Positions 18,400-27,716 of a stretch of DNA of 29,606 bases are shown here, one piece after another (position 1 is the first letter of the stretch; every line of letters starts with the position of its first letter). Under the pieces are notes generated by a model that saw only the letters and a list, made by a program, of their open reading frames with translations, did not search any database and was not told the DNA's origin. The stretch comes from Legionella genomosp. 1 (GTDB taxonomy: Bacteria; Pseudomonadota; Gammaproteobacteria; Legionellales; Legionellaceae): positions 1 to 29,606 of the forward strand of contig CAMDBQ010000001.1 in NCBI GenBank assembly GCA_945889365.1. Reading direction: 5' to 3'. The position numbers and the translations under genes were made by a program.

Positions 18400-18712
18400 T
18401 GACATACCCGGGAACCTGATAACAAAATACGCTTTTAGATGGGAAATAGAAACGCTGTTTTCCTGCTTGAAAGGCCGCGGTTTTAATTTTGAGGACACTC
18501 ATATTATTGATCGCGATCGTATTAAAAAGCTGGTCGTTTTACTGGCGGTGGCTTTCTGTTGGGCGCATAAAACAGGGGAAGGGCGGCATGAGCAACGCGC
18601 TATTAAGATAAAGAAACTTGGACGACCAGAGGTCAGTTTGTTTCAATATGGACTGGATTATCTTGTTGATGCCCTTGCAAATCTGTCATATAAATACGAA
18701 TCTTTACCATGA
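18392..18712 (+). mobile_element. IS4-family transposase C-terminal fragment
   Basis: Extending the 18467 ORF upstream in frame gives KYAFRWEIETLFSCLKGRGFNFEDTH...AFCWAHKTGE...SLFQYGLDYL (YxxRWxIE signature). Confidence 0.8.
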
Positions 18713-18721
18713 ATAAAAACT

Positions 18722-19849
18722 TCACATGCAGTGTTCAACGGAAACATCCTCCTCATATTTTCTGCAAATCAATATCTTCTCCCCTGATTCAGTCATTTGA
18801 AGAATACTGAAATTTATCTGTTTAAGGAACTTTATATTACTGTCACTTAAAATAAATCCTAACGATACTAGCGGAAATTTAATAGGAGTTATATATAAAT
18901 CAGTCTTGGGCAACGTTTTCAGATACTCCATTGCTAAAGGGTTAAACGCGTACACCCCAACCACATCTCCTTTTTCCAATAAAGCGATATTTTTTTGCAG
19001 GGTCGGTAGATTGGCAATTGATCGAAGTCCCATCATAGCTGCTGTATCTCGAGTGTTTGACCAACCATAAACGGCAATCGGTCTATTATTCACGTCAGAT
19101 AATTGCTTGATGGTTTTTTCTGCATTAGCAATGCTAGACACCAACGAAGCAGTCAATCCAGCAAAAATAGAAAAAAAGCAAATAGTACAAATCACAGACC
19201 AAATAATCGTAATCACGCGCATGAATCTTGTTTCAGGAAAATATGGCGCGGATTGAATCTTCCAACCCACAAGACTTTTCCAGAATAAATTCTCAATCCC
19301 TCTTTTATAATCCAACTCACAGAGATCCTTCTGGCGCATGCGTTCAACATACCAAAACAAGTGAATATATAACACATAAAAAATCAAGAAAATCAGAAAA
19401 GCAAGAGCGGAGGAGGGCCCTCTGAATATCACATTAAAACGTGACCATGCAGCCAATATGTTCAATTTATGTTCTTTGGCAATTAAAACATAATGATCTT
19501 GATAATAGGGCACGGTGAAATACACGTTCTTTGCCCGCGAGGCAAGAATCCCCACTGGCCCAATCACAGCATCCAGCTCCCCACTGGAGACTTTTGTTAT
19601 AGCAGCATCAACATTTGATCCGAGATCAACATATGTTGTCGAAAAATTATTCTCTTTTGAAATACTATTCCATATATCAACCGCAATGCCAGAAGGATGC
19701 CCGGATATATATTGTGAAAATGGCGGTATGTCAACAATACCAACTTTGAAAGGAATGCTTGCCAATACGGCAGGTGTTGGAAAACTTGTTGCTGAATGAA
19801 TCCATAAAATAAAAAACATTAGCGGAGCCAATAAAAATTTAAATTTCAT
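18722..19849 (-). CDS. Substrate-binding protein fused to a 2-TM pore module (GluR0-like ligand-gated channel)
   Basis: Signal peptide; S1 (VGIVDIPPF...GIAVDIW...LDAVIGPV...FTVPYY); TM1 ending FWYVER; re-entrant segment GIENLFWKSLV; TM2 ending FAGLTASL; S2 (IKQLSDVNNRPIAV). Confidence 0.8.
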   Translation of the reverse strand: MKFKFLLAPLMFFILWIHSATSFPTPAVLASIPFKVGIVDIPPFSQYISGHPSGIAVDIWNSISKENNFSTTYVDLGSNVDAAITKVSSGELDAVIGPVGILASRAKNVYFTVPYYQDHYVLIAKEHKLNILAAWSRFNVIFRGPSSALAFLIFLIFYVLYIHLFWYVERMRQKDLCELDYKRGIENLFWKSLVGWKIQSAPYFPETRFMRVITIIWSVICTICFFSIFAGLTASLVSSIANAEKTIKQLSDVNNRPIAVYGWSNTRDTAAMMGLRSIANLPTLQKNIALLEKGDVVGVYAFNPLAMEYLKTLPKTDLYITPIKFPLVSLGFILSDSNIKFLKQINFSILQMTESGEKILICRKYEEDVSVEHCM

Positions 19850-20033
19850 GGAAGATAACCTTCTCTACGATATCAAGTGGAAGCGTAATAAACAGAGTGA
19901 CGCGTGGTGGTTTCTGTAATATTCTATAATTCAAATTAATAATACTGCGGTCAAATAAAATGAGCAAATGCTATCGTGTAATTTTTCAAAGAAAGTGTAA
20001 TTTTTGTAGTTGTTAATAATTAAATGGAAGCAA

Positions 20034-20126
20034 TCACCGTTCTCCAATTTTGGCCCAATCATTGCTGGCAATAGCTGCCCTAATTTGCAAGATAGGATCT
20101 AATCCTTCTCTTGACCAACGCATGTG
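20034..20126 (-). mobile_element. ISKra4-like transposase C-terminal remnant (not in the ORF track)
   Basis: Minus strand reads HMRWSREGLDPILQIRAAIASNDWAKI. It abuts the ISL3 terminal repeat exactly at 20126/20127. Confidence 0.6.
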
Positions 20127-20442
20127 GGCTCTGTCGGGTTTCTAGTGGATCAGTTTATGCATAAATTCCGAACCCTTGTAAATCCAGGTATAATATCTGA
20201 AAAAGCGTCTCAGTTTTCAAAATACCATAGCAACGCCTCTTCGCTACCTTGATCAAATTATTCAATCCTTCGACAAATCCACTTTTCCTTCGTTTTTTGC
20301 AATAATTAGAAATATAGAGTTTGTATTTCTCAATCGTCACGAGGAAAGAATTGAAACAAGTGACATCACTTTTTTTGACGCGCTTAATCCAACGATTGAT
20401 TTTAGCCGTCCCCGATTTTTTGCTGCAATGCGTGTTTAATAT
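20127..20442 (-). mobile_element. ISL3-family right end with transposase C-terminal fragment
   Basis: Terminal GGCTCTGTCGGGTTTCTAGTGGA at 20127; SGFVEGLNNLIKVAKRRCYG motif; stop at 20155. Confidence 0.85.
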
Positions 20443-20691
20443 CTGCTCCTGCAGGCGAGCATTGCACAGGTTATATCGCATTATGGAGTGACTGCAGGTG
20501 TTCTTGTGCTTGATGATTCAGACAAAGTACGTTCACGAAACACATCAAAAATCGCAGGCGTCCATAAGGTTAAAGACAAGAAAACAAGCGGCTGGTTTAA
20601 TGGCCAGGAATTCATTTTTCTTATTCTTGTCACAGGGTTAGTAACCATACCTGTTGGTTTTCGATTTTATACTCCCGATCCAGCACTGAAG
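20440..20691 (+). mobile_element. DDE transposase internal fragment (IS701/IS4-like)
   Basis: LLQASIAQVISHYGVTAGVLVLDDSDKVRSRNTSKI..HKVKDKKT.G..GQ..TIPVGFRFYTPDP; cut on the right by the IS6 end. Confidence 0.7.
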
Positions 20692-21163
20692 GGCACCGTC
20701 AACTTGTGTAATCTTTGCTAAACTTTACTAATGAACAATATCAATATATGTGGAGTATATCATGGCTAATCGCAACGAGAACAAAGCGGTCGGTTATCAC
20801 GGATAAGCTCGCAAGCTACGGAGCTGCTAAAAGAGAAATCTTACCTGGGGTTGAACGTCGTCAACATAAAGGATTAAATAATCGTGCTGAGAATTCACAT
20901 CAACCTACTCGGCAACAGGAAAAGCAAATGCGGAAGTTTAAATCGCCGAAACAAGCGCAGCGATTTTTACCCGTTCATGGGAAAATTAGGAATTTGTTTG
21001 GCGCTCATCGATATAAAATAGTGGCCAATGATCAACGTTCTCATTTGATTGCTTCGTGGAGTCAGTGGCAGGAAATCGTAATGCAGGAAAGGTGTGCCTG
21101 AAATTTGGGATATCGCTCTTTTAGACCTAAGCTCGAGGTTTTTTTACACAACTTGACGGTGTC
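20692..21163 (+). mobile_element. Internally deleted IS6-family element retaining both terminal inverted repeats
   Basis: IRs GGCACCGTCAACTTGTGTAA (20692-20711) and the reverse complement of 21144-21163 are 18/20 identical. Only the transposase C-terminal half remains (ITDKLASY...NNRAENSHQPTR...KFKSPKQAQRFL); 472 bp. Confidence 0.85.
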
Positions 21164-21280
21164 CTCCGGAATTGTCTTCAAAAAGGCCACGACGTCATCT
21201 TTTAAACGACCCTGCAGAACGGCGATCACTTTAACTTGAGCATCTGATTCTGCCTTTGTACTAATAACTGTGACATAATC
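21164..21280 (-). mobile_element. ISL3-like transposase internal fragment (not in the ORF track)
   Basis: Minus strand reads DYVTVISTKAESDAQVKVIAVLQGRLKDDVVAFLKTIPE, resembling the segment after the GIDE motif of ISL3 transposases; same strand as the 20127 piece. Confidence 0.6.
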
Positions 21281-21306
21281 GTATTTTGTGCAAGGAGATG
21301 GACTTT

Positions 21307-22410
21307 ATGCAGAGCATAATGATTACCGGAGCGGGTAAAATTGGCAGCTTAATTGCTTGCTTGTTGGCTGAGACGCATGATTATCAGGTTCATCTGGCTG
21401 ACTTGAATTTTAGCGGCACAGACGTTTCGAGGTTATTGGCTGTCATGCCGGAAATTAAAACGGTGATCATGGATGTGACTGATCAAGTGTCTCTGCAAAC
21501 GTATTTTAAAAAGCATAAAATAATTGCTGTTATTTCTAGTTTACCTTATTTTCTAAATACCCACGTGGCGTGCGTTGCACATAATATGAAGGCGCATTAC
21601 TTTGATTTGACTGAAGACACTACGGTGGCCAAATCTGTCAAAGCCATTGCATTAGGAGCTGAAACAGCGTTTGTTCCTCAATGTGGTCTTGCGCCTGGTT
21701 TTATCAGCATTGTAGCCAATAGCTTGTTACAGACATTTGAAGAATGCCATCATGCCAAGCTGCGTGTTGGTGCACTCCCGCAACACACCACCAATGCACT
21801 GCATTATTCATTGACCTGGTCTACCGATGGTCTTATTAATGAATACGGTAATCTTTGCTACGGCATTGAAGCAGGGGAGCCATGCGTATCTAAACCTTTA
21901 GAAGGACTTGAGTCGATTGAACTGGATGGGTGTGATTATGAAGCGTTTAATACATCCGGCGGATTGGGAAGTTTGGGCGAACTGTATGCGGGCAAAATTC
22001 AGAGTCTAAATTACAAGACCATACGCTATCCAGGCCATTGTGACAGAATGAAATTTTTGATGAATGATCTTAAATTAAATGACGATCGTGACACATTAAA
22101 ACGTATTCTTGAGCATGCTATACCCAAGACTTATCAAGATGTGGTGTTGATTTATGTCTTGGTTGAGGGCATAAAAAACGGTGAGTTGATTGAAGAAAGC
22201 TATTTTAAGAAAATTTATCCAAAGCTGATTCGTGGACTGGAATGGTCTGCCATTCAGGTTGCCACCGCATCAGGCGTTTGTGCGGTTGTTGAACTGGTTT
22301 TAAACCAGAAAAATGGGTTTCATGGTCTGGTGTTGCAAGAGAGTTTTAAATTGGCCGATGTGTTGGATAATCGGTTTGGACAGCATTTCGATACTTACAC
22401 GGGAAATTAA
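21307..22410 (+). CDS. Saccharopine dehydrogenase family protein, probable L-lysine 6-dehydrogenase
   Basis: GAGKIG Rossmann motif, [59 protein letters not shown]; AAGGAG at 21292 supports ATG 21307. Confidence 0.85.
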   Translation: MQSIMITGAGKIGSLIACLLAETHDYQVHLADLNFSGTDVSRLLAVMPEIKTVIMDVTDQVSLQTYFKKHKIIAVISSLPYFLNTHVACVAHNMKAHYFDLTEDTTVAKSVKAIALGAETAFVPQCGLAPGFISIVANSLLQTFEECHHAKLRVGALPQHTTNALHYSLTWSTDGLINEYGNLCYGIEAGEPCVSKPLEGLESIELDGCDYEAFNTSGGLGSLGELYAGKIQSLNYKTIRYPGHCDRMKFLMNDLKLNDDRDTLKRILEHAIPKTYQDVVLIYVLVEGIKNGELIEESYFKKIYPKLIRGLEWSAIQVATASGVCAVVELVLNQKNGFHGLVLQESFKLADVLDNRFGQHFDTYTGN

Positions 22411-22411
22411 A

Positions 22412-23929
22412 ATGGATTTATTAACGCATCTGAATATTCAATCAAAAAACCCCGGAGCCTATAGCGGGCATACTTGGAAAGGTGAATTAAACGGCCCTAA
22501 TCTTCAATCCATAAACCCTGCTACTAACGAGCAAATTGCTGACGTTGCAACCTGTAGCATCCAGGATTATCACGAAGTGATGGAACGCGCTCAACAGGCT
22601 TTTCTTGCCTGGCGTATTGTACCTGCTCCTCAGCGCGGGGACATTATTCGGCAAATTGGCCAAGCCTTACGAGAATACAAAGATCATCTAGGCAGTCTGG
22701 TTTCGCTGGAAATGGGGAAGTCTAAACAAGAGGGCGATGGCGAAGTGCAGGAAATGATTGATATTGCTGATTTTGCAGTGGGTCAAGCACGTATGTTATA
22801 TGGGAATACCATGCACTCTGAACGTCCTGAGCATCGCATGTATGAGCAATGGCATCCTTATGGCGTTGTTGGTGTGATTTCGGCATTTAATTTTCCTGTC
22901 GCGGTTTGGGCGTGGAATGCATTTATCGCCGCTATATGCGGTAATGTAACTATTTGGAAGCCTTCTTCAAAAGTTCCTTTATGTGCGATTGCCGTGCAAA
23001 ACATATGCAATCAAGTGCTGAAAAAAAATAATTGCCCGGCCATTTTTTCATTGATTATCCCTTCATCGCATGACATCGGAACCACCATGGTCAATGATTC
23101 ACGTATGCCGTTGATTTCTTTCACCGGATCGACTGCTGTAGGCAAGGATATTGCAGTTAAGGTGGCAGGTCGTTTTGGTCGTAGTATTCTTGAATTAGGC
23201 GGGAATAATGCGATTATAGTTGATGAATCAGCGGATCTGGCTTTGGCAATCCCGGCGATTGTATTTGGAGCAGTGGGAACAGCCGGGCAGCGTTGTACAT
23301 CCACAAGGCGCTTGTTTGTACACGCTTCAATTTATCAAGATGTGCTTCAACACTTGCAACGCGCTTATGCACAAATTACGATTGGTCATCCATTGGATAA
23401 TAAAAATCTTATGGGACCCTTGATTGATAAGCAAGCGGTTGAGCTGTTTAAAAAAGCCTTGATTCGGATCAATGATGCCGGTGGTGAGGTTCTTTTTGGC
23501 GGTGAAGTGATTAAACGCGCAGGCAATTTTGTACAGCCCACGTTGGTGTCTGGTTTAGAGAATAACAATCCTATTGTGCAGGAAGAAACATTTGCGCCGA
23601 TTCTTTATTTGATGCCCTACTCCAATCTGGAAGACGCCATTGCTTTGCAAAATGCGGTACCTCAGGGACTCTCATCTGCATTATTTACTCAGCATTTAAA
23701 GCATGCAGAATACTATTTAAGCGTACAAGGCAGTGATTGCGGCATTGCGAATATTAATATTGGTACGTCAGGCGCTGAAATTGGTGGCGCTTTTGGTGGT
23801 GAAAAAGAAACCGGTGGCGGGCGTGAATCGGGATCGGATGCGTGGAAGGCATATATGCGCCGTCAGACCAATACGATTAATTGGGGAAGTACTTTGCCGT
23901 TGGCACAGGGGATACGGTTTCCGATTTAA
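22412..23929 (+). CDS. Aldehyde dehydrogenase family 7 (piperideine-6-carboxylate / aminoadipate-semialdehyde dehydrogenase)
   Basis: [79 protein letters not shown]; start 1 bp after the upstream stop. Confidence 0.92.
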   Translation: MDLLTHLNIQSKNPGAYSGHTWKGELNGPNLQSINPATNEQIADVATCSIQDYHEVMERAQQAFLAWRIVPAPQRGDIIRQIGQALREYKDHLGSLVSLEMGKSKQEGDGEVQEMIDIADFAVGQARMLYGNTMHSERPEHRMYEQWHPYGVVGVISAFNFPVAVWAWNAFIAAICGNVTIWKPSSKVPLCAIAVQNICNQVLKKNNCPAIFSLIIPSSHDIGTTMVNDSRMPLISFTGSTAVGKDIAVKVAGRFGRSILELGGNNAIIVDESADLALAIPAIVFGAVGTAGQRCTSTRRLFVHASIYQDVLQHLQRAYAQITIGHPLDNKNLMGPLIDKQAVELFKKALIRINDAGGEVLFGGEVIKRAGNFVQPTLVSGLENNNPIVQEETFAPILYLMPYSNLEDAIALQNAVPQGLSSALFTQHLKHAEYYLSVQGSDCGIANINIGTSGAEIGGAFGGEKETGGGRESGSDAWKAYMRRQTNTINWGSTLPLAQGIRFPI

Positions 23930-23949
23930 TGTATAAGGAGTTAAATACA

Positions 23950-26316
23950 ATGCAAGAACCATTCATCATTAAAAAAATAGCAGTACTCGGCGCGGGTGTT
24001 ATGGGCGCACAAATTGCCGCTCATTGTGTTAATGCAGGCATTGAAACATTACTATTTGATCTCGCACCCAAAGAAGGCAAGCATAGTGCCATCGTAGATA
24101 ATGCGATTACCAATCTGACAAAAATAAAGCCAACGCCGTTGGCTACTCCGCAAACAGCTGGATTATTAAAATCTTGCAACTACACAGATAATTTACCTGA
24201 ACTAGGCGACTGTGATTTGATTGTCGAGGCGATCGCTGAACGCCTGGATTGGAAAGAAGACTTATATCGTCGTGTCGCACCCCATTTAAATGATCATGCC
24301 ATTTTAGTAACAAACACCTCCGGATTAAGCATCAATGCTCTGGCTTCTGTGTTACCTGACAGCCTGCGCCACCGTTTTTGCGGCGTGCATTTTTTCAATC
24401 CTCCACGTTATATGCATTTGGCCGAATTGACACCAACCTCGACTACATCACCTGAGTTACTAAATAATCTTGAAAGCTGGTTAACCAGTCGCTTAGGCAA
24501 AGGGGTAGTACGTGCCAAAGATACACCCGATTTTATTGCCAATCGCATCGGCGTTTTCTCGCTGTTGGCAACGTTACATCATGCGAAAGCATTCGAACTG
24601 GGTCTGGATGAAGTGGATGCGTTGACTGGGGCGCTACTGGGAAGGCCGAAATCAGCCACGTTCCGTACCATGGATGTCGTAGGACTCGATACGATGCAAC
24701 ATGTAGTACACACCATGCAAGCGCATTTGACGGACGATCCTTGGCATGCTGCATTCAAGCTGCCTGATTGGTTAGTGGGGATGATTCAAACAGGCCATCT
24801 CGGTCAAAAAAGCGGGCAAGGCATTTATCGAAAACAAGGCAAGGCAATTGAAGTGTATGATGTTGCTTTAGCTGATTATCGTATAGCGCAAGGTGAGGTC
24901 TGTTCAGAAGTCAAAGCCATTATGAAGTTGAGCCATGCTCGTAAACGTATGCAGCAGTTAATAGCATGCGATCACCCTCAAGCCCGATTTTTGGCCGCCT
25001 GTTTTCGAGATTTATTTCATTATTGTGCATTTCATCTGGAAGGCATTGCCGAAAACGTACGCGATGTGGATTTAGCCATTCGATGGGGATTTGGTTGGGC
25101 TCAAGGACCATTTGAAACATGGCAAGCGGCAGGCGTTGCTGATATGCGTAAATTTGTGGAGCGCTCAATGGCTGAAGGGGAATCCATGAGTTCGGCACAA
25201 TTACCAGCCTGGTGTGAAACGATTGCTGATTTTTATACTAAAAACGGTGCGTTTTCCCCCGCGACCGCTAAATTTATAGGTCGTAGTCAATTGCCGGTTT
25301 ATAAACGTCAGTTTTTCCCTGACCCCGTGATGTTAGAAGAGCCGCTGTCATCAACCACTTTATTTGAAAACGAAGGGGTGCGTTTATGGCATCTAAAAGA
25401 CGATGTTGCGGTGATTAATTTCAAGAGCAAAGCGAGTGCCATAGGTCAATCGGTTATTGATGGATTCAATCAAGCTTTGGATATCGCAGAACGCCAATGT
25501 CAGGGTGTGATTATTTACCAGCACGATGAAAATAATTTTAGTGCGGGCGCTAACTTGCGTGAAGTGGCTACCCTGATCCAGGCTGGTCAATTGAATGTTG
25601 TGGATGACATGATTGGCAATTTTCAAAAAATGGTCATGCGCATGAAGTACAGCGCTATTCCAACGATAGCTGCATTAAGAGGGCGCGCACTGGGCGGTGG
25701 TTGTGAATTGATGATGCATTGCAGCAGCGTGATGGCAGCGTTTGAATCTTATCCTGGATTAGTTGAGATAGGCGTAGGACTTATTCCAGCCGGGGGTGGT
25801 TGTAAAGAAATGGCACTTCGTGCTGCCGCTAAGGCACAAGGCACCGATTTGATGGCGCACATCCGTCCTTATTTCGAACAAATCGCAACAGCAACCGTTG
25901 CCAGCAGCGCGCCTGATGCGTTGCAACGGGGGTATTTGCAAGCAAAAGACAACTGGGTCATGCATAAAAACGAAGTGCTTTATGCTGCTCTTGGCAAAGT
26001 AAAATCCATGCAAGCCGCGAATTATATGGCTCCATTATCAACCCGATTTGCTGTTGCAGGCCGTGAAGGCCATGCGTTGTTACGGGTGGGTTTGGTGAAT
26101 TGGCTTGAAGGTGGGCTTATTTCCCAGTACGACTATTTCCTGGCAAATCAATTGGCACAGGTATTATGTGGTGGCGAGGTGAATCAAGGCGAGCTGGTCG
26201 ATGAAGCCTGGATGCTAAAGCTGGAAAAAAACGCGTTTATGACGCTAGCGGCGGATCCGTTGACGCACGCGAGGATTGGGTATTTGTTGGAAACGGGCAA
26301 GCCGTTACGAAATTAA
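23950..26316 (+). CDS. 3-hydroxyacyl-CoA dehydrogenase / enoyl-CoA hydratase (FadN-type, HAD domain first)
   Basis: AVLGAGVMG, EAIAE, TNTSGL, HFFNPPRY, C-terminal crotonase ALGGGCE...GLVEIGVGLIPAGGG; AGGAG RBS before ATG 23950. Confidence 0.92.
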   Translation: MQEPFIIKKIAVLGAGVMGAQIAAHCVNAGIETLLFDLAPKEGKHSAIVDNAITNLTKIKPTPLATPQTAGLLKSCNYTDNLPELGDCDLIVEAIAERLDWKEDLYRRVAPHLNDHAILVTNTSGLSINALASVLPDSLRHRFCGVHFFNPPRYMHLAELTPTSTTSPELLNNLESWLTSRLGKGVVRAKDTPDFIANRIGVFSLLATLHHAKAFELGLDEVDALTGALLGRPKSATFRTMDVVGLDTMQHVVHTMQAHLTDDPWHAAFKLPDWLVGMIQTGHLGQKSGQGIYRKQGKAIEVYDVALADYRIAQGEVCSEVKAIMKLSHARKRMQQLIACDHPQARFLAACFRDLFHYCAFHLEGIAENVRDVDLAIRWGFGWAQGPFETWQAAGVADMRKFVERSMAEGESMSSAQLPAWCETIADFYTKNGAFSPATAKFIGRSQLPVYKRQFFPDPVMLEEPLSSTTLFENEGVRLWHLKDDVAVINFKSKASAIGQSVIDGFNQALDIAERQCQGVIIYQHDENNFSAGANLREVATLIQAGQLNVVDDMIGNFQKMVMRMKYSAIPTIAALRGRALGGGCELMMHCSSVMAAFESYPGLVEIGVGLIPAGGGCKEMALRAAAKAQGTDLMAHIRPYFEQIATATVASSAPDALQRGYLQAKDNWVMHKNEVLYAALGKVKSMQAANYMAPLSTRFAVAGREGHALLRVGLVNWLEGGLISQYDYFLANQLAQVLCGGEVNQGELVDEAWMLKLEKNAFMTLAADPLTHARIGYLLETGKPLRN

Positions 26317-26333
26317 ATACATTGTAAATTAAA

Positions 26334-26362
26334 TGTAGGGGCTCGCGGCGCGCGCGCCTACA
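26334..26362. repeat. GTAG-type REP-like palindrome inside the fad operon
   Basis: TGTAGGGGCTCGCGGCGCGCGCGCCTACA: GC-rich imperfect palindrome with GTAG/CTAC ends. Confidence 0.6.
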
Positions 26363-26393
26363 GAATAATATCCTTGAACATGGAGCATCAAAC

Positions 26394-27578
26394 ATGACAA
26401 ACATATACATAGTAGACGTCCTACGCACACCCGTAGGCAAAGCCCCGCGCGGCGTATTCAAACATACGTTACCTGACGATCTGCTGGCACACACAATCAA
26501 AGCCCTGACAGCCCGTCAAGCCACCGTAGATTGGGAAGCCATCGGTGATGTCGTCATCGGCTGCGCCATGCCAGAAGCAGAGCAGGGAATGAATGTCGCA
26601 CGCATCGCGTCACTATTAGCCGATCTACCGCAATCCGTACCCGCCATGACGATCAATCGCTTTTGTTCTTCTGGCGTGCAAAGCATTGCCACAGCGGCAG
26701 CAAGCATCAGGCAAGGTGACATGTCACTGGCATTGGCCGGTGGGGTGGAAAGCATGTCGATGGTGCCGTTAGGTGGCAATAAATACACTGTAAACCCGGC
26801 TATTTTTAACAACGAACACATTGCAATCGCATATGGCATGGGCATCACTGCTGAAAAAGTAGCCCAGCGCTGGCAGGTTACTCGTGAACAACAAGACGAA
26901 TTCGCCGCAGAAAGCCACCGACGCGCCGTGGCTGCACAACAACGTGGTGATTTTCAAGCTGAAATCACACCTGTCACCATTATGGATCGACATGCGAATT
27001 TAGCTACATCAGAAGTCACCAGCAAACCGCGAATAATCATGAATGACGAAGGCCCTCGAGCCGAGACATCGTATGAAGCCATCGCACGGTTAAAGCCAGT
27101 ATTTGCAGCGAAAGGCACCGTAACAGCAGGCAATAGTTCACAAACCAGCGATGGGGCAGGGATTGCATTACTAGCCAGTGAAGCCGCATTAAAGGAATAT
27201 AACTTACAACCCATGGGTCGATTGCTCAGTTTCGCTGTTGCAGGCGCTCCCCCTGAAATCATGGGAATAGGCCCCATTCATGCTATTCCTCTGGCACTGA
27301 AACGCGCAGGCATAACCCTTGATCAACTGGATTGGATTGAGCTCAACGAAGCATTTGCCGCACAAGCGCTAGCGGTGATTAAAGAGCTTGATTTACCACG
27401 AGACAAAGTGAATCCATTAGGGGGTGCCATAGCATTAGGCCATCCGTTAGGCGCTACAGGAACAGTAAGAACCGCTACGTTATTGCATGGCTTGCGTCGA
27501 ACCAACGGTCGTTATGGCATGGTGACCATGTGTATTGGAACGGGAATGGGCGCAGCAGCTATTTTTGAAGCGCTATAG
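26394..27578 (+). CDS. fadA: Acetyl-CoA C-acyltransferase (3-ketoacyl-CoA thiolase)
   Basis: INRFCSSG catalytic Cys, AGNSSQTSDGA, ELNEAFA, GGAIALGHPLGATG, MCIGTGMG. Confidence 0.95.
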   Translation: MTNIYIVDVLRTPVGKAPRGVFKHTLPDDLLAHTIKALTARQATVDWEAIGDVVIGCAMPEAEQGMNVARIASLLADLPQSVPAMTINRFCSSGVQSIATAAASIRQGDMSLALAGGVESMSMVPLGGNKYTVNPAIFNNEHIAIAYGMGITAEKVAQRWQVTREQQDEFAAESHRRAVAAQQRGDFQAEITPVTIMDRHANLATSEVTSKPRIIMNDEGPRAETSYEAIARLKPVFAAKGTVTAGNSSQTSDGAGIALLASEAALKEYNLQPMGRLLSFAVAGAPPEIMGIGPIHAIPLALKRAGITLDQLDWIELNEAFAAQALAVIKELDLPRDKVNPLGGAIALGHPLGATGTVRTATLLHGLRRTNGRYGMVTMCIGTGMGAAAIFEAL

Positions 27579-27582
27579 AAAA

Positions 27583-27633
27583 AATCAACTGGTATGTATC
27601 CCGGTAAACCGGTAACTCCGTATAAAGCACCAT
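27583..27633 (-). pseudogene. 5' stub of an Avd-like / four-helix-bundle gene (DGR accessory protein)
   Basis: AGGA 7 nt upstream of ATG 27633; reads MVLYTELPVYRDTYQLI, then runs antisense into the fadA 3' end and stops at 27559. Matches the LY.ELPVY/F.D.Y.L N-terminus of Avd-like proteins as I recall them. Confidence 0.7.
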
Positions 27634-27657
27634 CTGAACATCCTAAAAAAAACTGCG

Positions 27658-27672
27658 GCCCGCTGCGCGGGC
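27658..27672 (-). other. GCA-triloop hairpin downstream of the putative variable region (DGR cis-element candidate; may also act as a terminator)
   Basis: Minus strand GCCCGC-GCA-GCGGGC, 44 nt after the target stop codon, followed after 5 nt by T8. Confidence 0.6.
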
Positions 27673-27716
27673 GCTATTTGTGTCAACAACAAGGTCAACT
27701 GAAAAGGGGTGAAGGG

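Noticed and set aside
3413-26316. Longest-ORF starts at 4360, 9032, 17908, 21286, 22313 and 23881
   Set aside because: Downstream ATGs fit RBS position and family N-termini better, and some extensions overlap neighbouring genes.
26394-26700. C/A-rich composition of the fadA 5' region (40 C, 24 G, 19 T in 26401-26520) compared with fadN
   Set aside because: The sample is small and the protein is an ordinary thiolase in its expected context; I cannot distinguish this from noise without a genome-wide baseline.
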